A stretch of DNA of 31,250 bases, taken from positions 1 to 31,250 of the forward strand of contig JBFYUA010000118.1 of NCBI GenBank assembly GCA_041300305.1. The letters are read 5' to 3'. Shown piece after piece: positions 25,198-31,250 of this stretch (positions within the stretch are counted from its first letter, which is position 1; each line of letters begins with the position of its first letter). A model generated the notes under the pieces. It did not search any database and was not told where the DNA came from. It worked only from the letters and a program-made list of their open reading frames with translations. Origin of the DNA: Dehalococcoidia bacterium. Its GTDB lineage: Bacteria; Chloroflexota; Dehalococcoidia; GIF9; UBA5629. The position numbers and the translations under genes were made by a program.

Positions 25198-25387
25198 AAT
25201 AGGTTACCTGTATCAAAGTTGTAGCTATGAGTATATTATACACATAGTGTAAACTTTTAATCCTATGACCTTGCCCTATAATTAGTATCTTACCTGACTG
25301 GCGTTCAAACGTGAGCAGTAATAATATTACCAACCACCGGGGCTGAATTTCGGGCATGTTTTGGGTTATTTGCGGGGTCATAGCAGC

Positions 25388-25417
25388 TTGACTAACAAAT
25401 TTGCAGGGTTGTACAAT
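25388..25417 (+). promoter_or_regulatory. Sigma70-type promoter TTGACT-N18-TACAAT
   Basis: Hexamers at 25388-25393 and 25412-25417, about 155 nt upstream of ATG 25572. Confidence 0.5.
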
Positions 25418-25571
25418 TGGCCGCACGCACAAAAAGGTTCGGCGTCAGCTTTCTGAAGTCGCTATAGGAAGTCCCGGTTTAATTCGTCTTTGGCCGGCCA
25501 CTATTTTCTTTCTATCCCTTCCTTCAGTTACAGCAGAAAGCCGTCCTTCTCATAGCTGATATGGGGATAAC

Positions 25572-25982
25572 ATGAAAAAATGCAGGGAGTGCCAGCATGA
25601 TATAAGTGAACAGGCTTTATCTTGCCCAAAATGTGGTGCTCCCTATCCAGCCAGGGAGAAATGGGATGGGTGGGGATATGAGTATAAAAGCAAAACAATT
25701 ATCTTGGGGTTACCCCTGCTTCATATCTCGTTCAAATATCACCCGAATAGAATGCCGGTACCTGCCAAAGGAATAATTGCCATTGGGCAGTTTGCTATCG
25801 GCATTATAAGTATTGCTCAATTTGGTATAGGTATTATCAGCATTAGTCAATTCACAATTGCCGCCTACGCCCTGGCGCAATTTGCGATCGCATATTCATT
25901 GGTTGCGCAGATTGGATTATATGTTGACCAGGGATATGGGCAGCTTGTCTGGAACATCATTGAACTGATAAAAAATTTATAG
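25572..25982 (+). CDS. Zinc-ribbon protein with GYEYKS..LGLPL.HI segment and 10-residue hydrophobic repeats
   Basis: CREC..CPKC, then GIIAIGQFAI/GIISIAQFGI/GIISISQFTI/AAYALAQFAI/AYSLVAQIGL. SD GGGGA. Confidence 0.8.
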   Translation: MKKCRECQHDISEQALSCPKCGAPYPAREKWDGWGYEYKSKTIILGLPLLHISFKYHPNRMPVPAKGIIAIGQFAIGIISIAQFGIGIISISQFTIAAYALAQFAIAYSLVAQIGLYVDQGYGQLVWNIIELIKNL

Positions 25983-26145
25983 GAAATCAAGGATAATGTC
26001 TCATCGAAGAGTATGTAAGTGTTGGTGGCGAGGCTGGTGACGGTACTCCTTCAATATGCCGCGAAACCAGATAATCCTGGATATACCAGGTAAATATTTC
26101 ATGCCTTAGAAATCCCGTGGTAACAATATACTATAAGGAGTATCC

Positions 26146-27078
26146 ATGAATATAAAATCATTTTGGGGAAATTACAAATTCATCATTATTCTGCTTGTGA
26201 TTATGATAATCGCAGCGGTCGTCGTTTTATCAATGGGACAAACATCAATAGTCGGAGTTCCTCACATGGATAACCTACTGATGATTGTGCTTATAGTTGT
26301 AGGTTTGGCAGCCGGTCTCCTGGGCGGATGGATTGGTACTGGTGGTTGTAGCGTAATGCTTCCGGTTTTACACTTCTGGCTTGGTTTTCCTGCATCCATA
26401 GCTGTTGGCACGACACTTTTCGCAGTTATTTTTACGGCTGTATCAGGCGGCTATGGACATTTTATGCGGAGGAACGTGGATAAACGTGTTGCTCTATGGA
26501 TGGGAGGCGCAGGAATTATCGGTGTATTACTTGGTTCATGGCTTTTCACTTTTATTTCAAGCCAGTCAGCTCTTTTAGGTTGCATTATTGGTATTGTTTT
26601 CTTGTGGCCTGCCATTAGAATGAGCTGGGAAGGAATCACTGGTTTTAAGAAAAACCAGTCTGCATCAGGGACACCCGCAGCTCCTCAAAGCCAATCCATT
26701 AAAGGCCATCCTGCAAAATTGTCAATATTTGGAGGTGGCGTTGGGGTACTGACCGGGGTTGTGGGTCTCGGTGGCGGATATGCTCTCGTACCTGGTCTGA
26801 TATACCTATTTGGTGCGGCTGTTTATATAACCATGGGTACCTCTTTAGCGATTATGGTGCCGATGGCTATCGTGGGTGGATCAATTAAGCTCGCTCAGGG
26901 ATACGTTTTTTTAAGTGCTGCTCTACTTCTGGCAATAGGTACGATCGTAGGAGCTCAATTAGGAGCAGCTACAATAACAAAATTTAAGCCAAATGTATTA
27001 AAATTGATATTTGGTGTCTATTTCCTTTACGTAGCAATTAAATTTATCGGCAATTATCTCGGGATCGCCGTTTGGTGA
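26146..27078 (+). CDS. TauE/SafE (TSUP) family sulfite exporter-like membrane protein
   Basis: Two halves with GxGGG-type loops (IGTGGCSVMLP, VGLGGGYALVP), AVGTTL, MGTSLA. SD AAGGAG. Confidence 0.88.
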   Translation: MNIKSFWGNYKFIIILLVIMIIAAVVVLSMGQTSIVGVPHMDNLLMIVLIVVGLAAGLLGGWIGTGGCSVMLPVLHFWLGFPASIAVGTTLFAVIFTAVSGGYGHFMRRNVDKRVALWMGGAGIIGVLLGSWLFTFISSQSALLGCIIGIVFLWPAIRMSWEGITGFKKNQSASGTPAAPQSQSIKGHPAKLSIFGGGVGVLTGVVGLGGGYALVPGLIYLFGAAVYITMGTSLAIMVPMAIVGGSIKLAQGYVFLSAALLLAIGTIVGAQLGAATITKFKPNVLKLIFGVYFLYVAIKFIGNYLGIAVW

Positions 27079-27086
27079 ATTACTTG

Positions 27087-27129
27087 AAACATGCAGAGGC
27101 TGCTAATAGAAGTAGCCTCTGCATGTTTT
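27087..27129 (+). terminator. Intrinsic terminator with an 18-bp stem
   Basis: AAACATGCAGAGGCTGCT-aataga-AGTAGCCTCTGCATGTTT with one G-U pair, ending in TTTT, 8 nt after the tauE stop. Confidence 0.8.
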
Positions 27130-27321
27130 ATGCAAAGTCGTGTGCCAAGATGGCAAAATTTATAAAGCCACCCTGGCATTGCAGATAATAGAAGTTCGGG
27201 AACTGTCTTGAGTGGTATTGTCTTTAGCTTCAGACTTTTGGATAGTGGGGCATTATGACTGTCCACGAACTACTATTCGAGAAAAAGTCGTTGGTTCTGG
27301 CTTTGCAGCAGTAATAGCAGT

Positions 27322-27333
27322 TGACCTTACCCC
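27322..27333 (+). mobile_element. Solo IS3-family terminal repeat relic (TGACCTTACCCC)
   Basis: 12/12 identity to the reverse complement of the IS right end at 29888-29899. Confidence 0.55.
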
Positions 27334-27412
27334 ATACCACCCATTCGTAACCCTGTTCCCAACCACACCTTGATTCCCTCAGGCAGCAAAGGTACCGAAA
27401 GAGCCTGCCGGT

Positions 27413-27454
27413 TTGACATATATATACTGTATATACTATATTAGTATATATAAT
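27413..27454 (+). promoter_or_regulatory. TetR promoter with overlapping AT-rich palindromes (candidate operator)
   Basis: TTGACA 27413-27418, TATATAC-T-GTATATA 27421-27435, TATATACTA-TAT-TAGTATATA 27430-27450, TATAAT 27449-27454. Confidence 0.6.
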
Positions 27455-27465
27455 ATACAATTGAT

Positions 27466-28035
27466 ATGAAGTATAAAGACGTCCGCATTACAGACCGGGT
27501 TTACAACGTTGCTTCCTCACACATTTTTCGCACGGGTTTAAAAGGCTGGCATATGGATCAACTTGCAGAAGAATGTGGCCTGACCAAACGTACACTCTAC
27601 AAAATCGTTCCAAATAAAGAGGCACTGGTTGAGCAGGTTATGCTGAAATTCATCAATTCGGTGCAGGAAAACCTGTCAGTCGTGTTGAAGGAAAGCAAAA
27701 ACTTCAAACAGTCAATATCGGATATGGCAGATCTTTTCCCGCAACTGGTGAGTGGTACAAATTCAGGGATCATACAGGAGATATTTCTTGAATATCCCGC
27801 CATTGAAGAAAAATTAATAAAACAGCGCAGCAAGATTACCGCCGGTCTTATAGCTTTTTTGCAAAAGGGAGTGAAGCAGGGGCAACTGCGGAAAGACCTC
27901 GAGCCGGCATTTATAATCGAGATGCTGCAGGCTTTTATTCTGTATTTTATCAAGTCTGATCCAACAGGCGCACAATCCCCGGCCAAGATTAAGGCCGCCG
28001 CACATTGTCTGCTGCATGGTATATTGCGTGATTAA
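27466..28035 (+). CDS. TetR/AcrR family transcriptional regulator
   Basis: HTH GLKGWHMDQLAEECGLTKRTLYKIVPNKEAL, 189 aa. Confidence 0.9.
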   Translation: MKYKDVRITDRVYNVASSHIFRTGLKGWHMDQLAEECGLTKRTLYKIVPNKEALVEQVMLKFINSVQENLSVVLKESKNFKQSISDMADLFPQLVSGTNSGIIQEIFLEYPAIEEKLIKQRSKITAGLIAFLQKGVKQGQLRKDLEPAFIIEMLQAFILYFIKSDPTGAQSPAKIKAAAHCLLHGILRD

Positions 28036-28074
28036 AACGTACTAAAAGTGAACCTTTCTTAAGGAGGACCTGCC

Positions 28075-28908
28075 ATGAAAAACGTACTCGTGATAATGGG
28101 TAGCCCCCGTAAAAACGGGGACAGCGCACATATTGCCGGCCTGGTAGAGGAGAAAATGAAATCGCTGGGCGAGGTCAACTTCAAATATATTACATTGAAA
28201 AACACCAGGCTGGAATATTGCCGGGGCTGCCTGGCATGTATGATCAAAGGTGAAGACTATTGTCCACTTAAAGATGATGCACTCTCGCTACGCGCAGACC
28301 TGCTGAACGCTGATGGAGTGATTTTTGCTTCTCCTGTGTATATTCATCAGGTATCAGCGCCGCTGAAGAACTTTTTTGACAGGTTTGCATTTTTTATGCA
28401 CAGGCCGGCTTTTCATAGCAAGTGCTCATTAACTATATGCTCGACCGAGATCAGTGGCCTGGCGGAGACCAGTGCGTATTTAAAATGGATTGCCAGCTGC
28501 TGGGGCTTCTTCAACGTTCACAGTATTGGCATCATTGCCGATGCATTTAAAGAAGAAGGTCCATATAGGCGGAAAGCCATGTCTGAAATAAACAGGGCGG
28601 CGCAGGACTTCTTCGTAGCTATGCAAACAGGCAAGCGCCCCGCTCCAGCGCTGGATGATATGAGATTTTTCAATTTAATACGCATGAAGGTAAAAATACA
28701 CAAAGACAAGATGCCCCGTGATTATCATTACTGGGAAGAGAGGGGTTGGCTAAATGCCGGCTATTTTTATCCTGCAAGGCTTAACCCTCTCTTTGTAATT
28801 CTCGGCAAATTACCGGTACGGTTAATAATGCTGGTACTGCGCCTTAATCTGGGCAGTTCACTTTACCGGCGAATGGTCGGAAGCGCCAACCCTCGGCATG
28901 CCAAATAA
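28075..28908 (+). CDS. Iron-sulfur flavoprotein / NADPH-dependent FMN reductase family protein
   Basis: IMGSPRKNG FMN loop, Cx2Cx2Cx7C (CRGCLACMIKGEDYCP), ADGVIFASPVY, LKNFFDR. SD AAGGAGG. Confidence 0.88.
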   Translation: MKNVLVIMGSPRKNGDSAHIAGLVEEKMKSLGEVNFKYITLKNTRLEYCRGCLACMIKGEDYCPLKDDALSLRADLLNADGVIFASPVYIHQVSAPLKNFFDRFAFFMHRPAFHSKCSLTICSTEISGLAETSAYLKWIASCWGFFNVHSIGIIADAFKEEGPYRRKAMSEINRAAQDFFVAMQTGKRPAPALDDMRFFNLIRMKVKIHKDKMPRDYHYWEERGWLNAGYFYPARLNPLFVILGKLPVRLIMLVLRLNLGSSLYRRMVGSANPRHAK

Positions 28909-29028
28909 AAAACTACCATCATATTATGTAAAATGTACAAAGGTTATGATTAGTGACGTTCCCCCGTAAAACCGCAGCACCTTGTCTTAGAGTCCTCGAA
29001 ATAAATAAAATATCAGGGGAGGGCTCAA

Positions 29029-29295
29029 TTGAAAGCAAGGCAGTACACCGAAGAACAGATCATCAATGTTCTCAAAGAGGGAGAAGCTGGCGCCAAGGTT
29101 TCTGATCTCTGTCGCAAGTATGGGATGAGCGACGCCACCTATTACAACTGGAAAGCCAAATACTCAGGGATGACTGCAAGTGACCTGAAAAAGCTCAAGT
29201 CTCTTGAGCATGAGAACCGCCGTCTGAAACAGATCGTGGGGGAACAGGCCCTCGATATCCGTGCGCTGAAGGACCTACTGTCAAAAAACTTCTAA
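29029..29295 (+). CDS. IS3-family transposase OrfA (HTH)
   Basis: [48 protein letters not shown]. Confidence 0.93.
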   Translation: MKARQYTEEQIINVLKEGEAGAKVSDLCRKYGMSDATYYNWKAKYSGMTASDLKKLKSLEHENRRLKQIVGEQALDIRALKDLLSKNF

Positions 29296-29867
29296 AGCCC
29301 AGGGCCAGACGTCTGGCAGTCTCCTATACCAGGGAAAGCCATGGGCTGAGCGAAAGGAAAGCGTGCACGCTGGTCAATATATCGACCTCGGTATATCGTT
29401 ACCGGCCGAAACCGGACAATGATACTGCCATCCGGCAGCGTTTTCGCGCGTTGGCCATTGTTGATGACTATTCCAGGGAATGTCCTGCCATCGAAGTTGA
29501 CACTTCTTTAGGAGGGGCCAGAGTGGTCAGTGTCCTGGAAAGGTTATCTCAAACACGAGGCTTACCTGACGTAATTACGCTGGATAACGGGCCGGAGTTT
29601 GCTGGCAGGCATTTAGACGAGTGGGCTTTTCGCAATGGTGTTAAATTGAACTTCATTCGACCAGGGAAGCCGATAGAAAATGCTTTTGCTGAGAGCTTCA
29701 ACGGCAGGCTACGCGATGAGTGTTTGAATACCAATTGGTTTCTCAATCTGAAACATGCCAGGGAGATCATCGAGGACTGGCGCAAGGATTACAATGAAGT
29801 TAGACCACACAGCTCGTTGAATCATAGAACGCCGGTGGAGTATGCTTATACAACGGCTGGATTCTAA
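29283..29867 (+). pseudogene. IS3-family transposase OrfB with an in-frame internal deletion
   Basis: The -1 frame reads KKLLKP...SERKAC...YRY...IRQR and joins directly to [14 protein letters not shown]. The FGYRR/HTH_21 region and the WSxDF segment (first DDE Asp) are missing; DNGPEF and AESFNG remain. Confidence 0.85.
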
Positions 29868-29899
29868 GCGCTGGTGCCGCTAAATGCGGGGTAAGGTCA

Positions 29900-30266
29900 C
29901 TAATCCCTTAACAGTCCTGTTAGGCAGCTTAGGCTTCTTCACATTGGCCATGGGATTGTGTTCAATCAATCCCTCTTCCATCGCCCAGGTAAACATTGTA
30001 GATACGCTTATGTAATAGCTTTTGACCGTTGTAGGCGATACTGGTCTGTTTGCACGAGCATTATTTGTGTCCCATCTATGGGTTGTATCTTTTACATATA
30101 CGAGAAAGCTTCTGATGGTATTGGCATCGATATCCTGGATGCTGTTTTTATCAAGAAACCATCGAAATTTATCGAGGTTATTTTTATAGAAGGATATGGT
30201 TGCAGCTGATTTGTTCTAAACCTTACAGGATAAGAGAAATCCTTCAATCAAACGGTGTAATGGCAT
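29900..30266 (-). pseudogene. N-terminal (SAM-like/core-binding) part of a tyrosine recombinase, with a nonsense codon, truncated by the IS
   Basis: MPLHRLIEGFLLSCKV*NKSAATISFYKNNLDKFRWFL...IRSFLVY...VSPTTVKSYY...MFTWAMEEGLIEHNPMANVKKPKLPNRTVKGL runs into the IS right end. TAG at 30216-30218. Confidence 0.8.
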
Positions 30267-30738
30267 ACTTAATGGCGCTTGAGAATTTGGACGAATAGAA
30301 AGGTGATCAGGATTTGGTTTAGCTTCAGAAAACTGAATGGTGGGCCCTTTTGGACAGTTCCCGAACTCGCATTTGATGGTAAAATGCTTATTCCGGCGCT
30401 TCAGCAATTGCTCATAGGAAAATAAAATAGGCCACCTAAAATTTATTGAGTGTAGCTGATCCGTACCACTGAGTGAACAAAATGTCCAAATTGCGGCCAC
30501 AGACGCGCAGGACCTAGTACCCTACTACCATCAAATAATAACGACAATGGCATTATATTCGGACGTATGGGTAATGCTGATAAATGCGAACTTAACGGTG
30601 AGATTAATATAATAGCCAGCGCTGCAACGGCGCTTAACAGATGCCCTTCATACAAACCCAGCTGTGAAAATAGCTTAATGGGAGCAGAATAGACTTGCCA
30701 TATAACAAGTTATAGAATGTGACGGGGAGTTATATCGC

Positions 30739-31250
30739 ATGTTAAACCAAGAATTACATTCGAATACCAGCTCATCCTTGAAAAAGAAAGGGGAAGGACT
30801 ATCAGCGCATCCATTTGCTTGGCCGTATTATTTATTTGGTTTTGCATTAGTTGCACTCGCCACCTTGTTAGGTCATTTAACCAGCGGGCTATTAGCCCCT
30901 ACCAATATAATCATGATCTACCTACTATGTGTCACCATATCTGCTATATTTGGTGGTCTTGGCCCCTCTATCCTGGTATCCATTCTAAGCGTTCTTGCTT
31001 TTGATTTCTTCTTTGTTCCACCTTATCTTACTTTAAAGGTCGAGGACACTGAATACATATTCACCCTTGTTGTGTTACTTTTGGTTGGTATTGCGGTTAG
31101 CTACCTCACTGCGATGGTACGCCGTCAAACTGAAACATCGAAACGACACGAGCAAGAAATGGCTGCACTTTATGCCCTGGGGCAGGACTTAGCTATCGCC
31201 AATGACCTGCAAGCATACACAACATCTATTATTAACAGGATTAAAGGGAC
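30739..31250 (+). CDS. KdpD-like DUF4118 membrane sensor (TM region and start of GAF), 3'-partial
   Basis: Open to the window end: PTNIIMIYLLCV...LSVLAFDFFFVPPYLTLKVED.EYIFT...ALYALGQDL. SD GGGGAG. Missed by the ORF track because it has no stop. Confidence 0.85.
   Translation, partial: MLNQELHSNTSSSLKKKGEGLSAHPFAWPYYLFGFALVALATLLGHLTSGLLAPTNIIMIYLLCVTISAIFGGLGPSILVSILSVLAFDFFFVPPYLTLKVEDTEYIFTLVVLLLVGIAVSYLTAMVRRQTETSKRHEQEMAALYALGQDLAIANDLQAYTTSIINRIKG

Larger units (their letters stand above)
28954..29899 (+). mobile_element. IS3-family (IS407-group-like) insertion sequence, internally deleted, 946 bp
   Basis: Imperfect terminal IRs of about 42 bp with TG...CA ends, orfA plus -1 orfB, A_AAA_AAC slippery heptamer at 29283-29289. 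No direct target duplication. Confidence 0.92.

Noticed and set aside
29958-30209. 83-aa plus-strand ORF after the IS
   Set aside because: It is antisense to the integrase pseudogene frame, which explains the sequence better.
30490-30530. tRNA-Leu/Pyl-like fragment (AGACGCGCAGGACCTAG; minus-strand CTA-loop hairpin) as a possible att site
   Set aside because: No acceptor stem, no T-loop GTTCRA, a poorly paired anticodon stem and no U33.
30819-31004. 61-aa ORF in the track
   Set aside because: It is out of frame within the KdpD-like gene starting at 30739.
1-31250. CRISPR array, rRNA or complete tRNA genes
   Set aside because: No regularly spaced direct repeats or structural RNA signatures were seen; the only tandem repeats are within coding sequences.

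Overview
Bacterial chromosomal window. Protein style and promoter usage suggest an anaerobic Chloroflexota/Dehalococcoidia-like genome; this is inference and no marker gene is present. 1-6.3 kb is a tightly coupled tetrapyrrole operon (cysG-N/sirC partial, hemA, hemC, cobA-hemD fusion, hemB, hemL) reaching sirohydrochlorin/siroheme. 6.3-15.3 kb is a housekeeping mix: Rid protein, TetR, DEAD-box helicase, PAS-GGDEF cyclase, TrmH methylase, triple DUF3096-like membrane protein, exported type-B carboxylesterase, zinc-ribbon membrane protein, a 59-aa ORF missed by the track, and glpX. 15.4-22.1 kb is a putative catabolic cluster: SAM methyltransferase, alpha/beta hydrolase, Lrp, a heteromeric-type acyl-CoA dehydrogenase pair, and a corrinoid protein plus URO-D-fold methyltransferase. 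22.3-25.2 kb holds a 2H-phosphoesterase/metallophosphoesterase fusion and a zinc-ribbon/TM/5x Ig-like protein. 25.5-31.25 kb is a more AT-rich, decaying accessory region: zinc-ribbon repeat protein, TauE, TetR, Fe-S flavoprotein, an internally deleted IS3 element, a solo IS end, a truncated tyrosine-recombinase pseudogene and a partial KdpD-like sensor. No rRNA, convincing tRNA or CRISPR array was seen. All family assignments come from motif recognition by eye; no searches were run.
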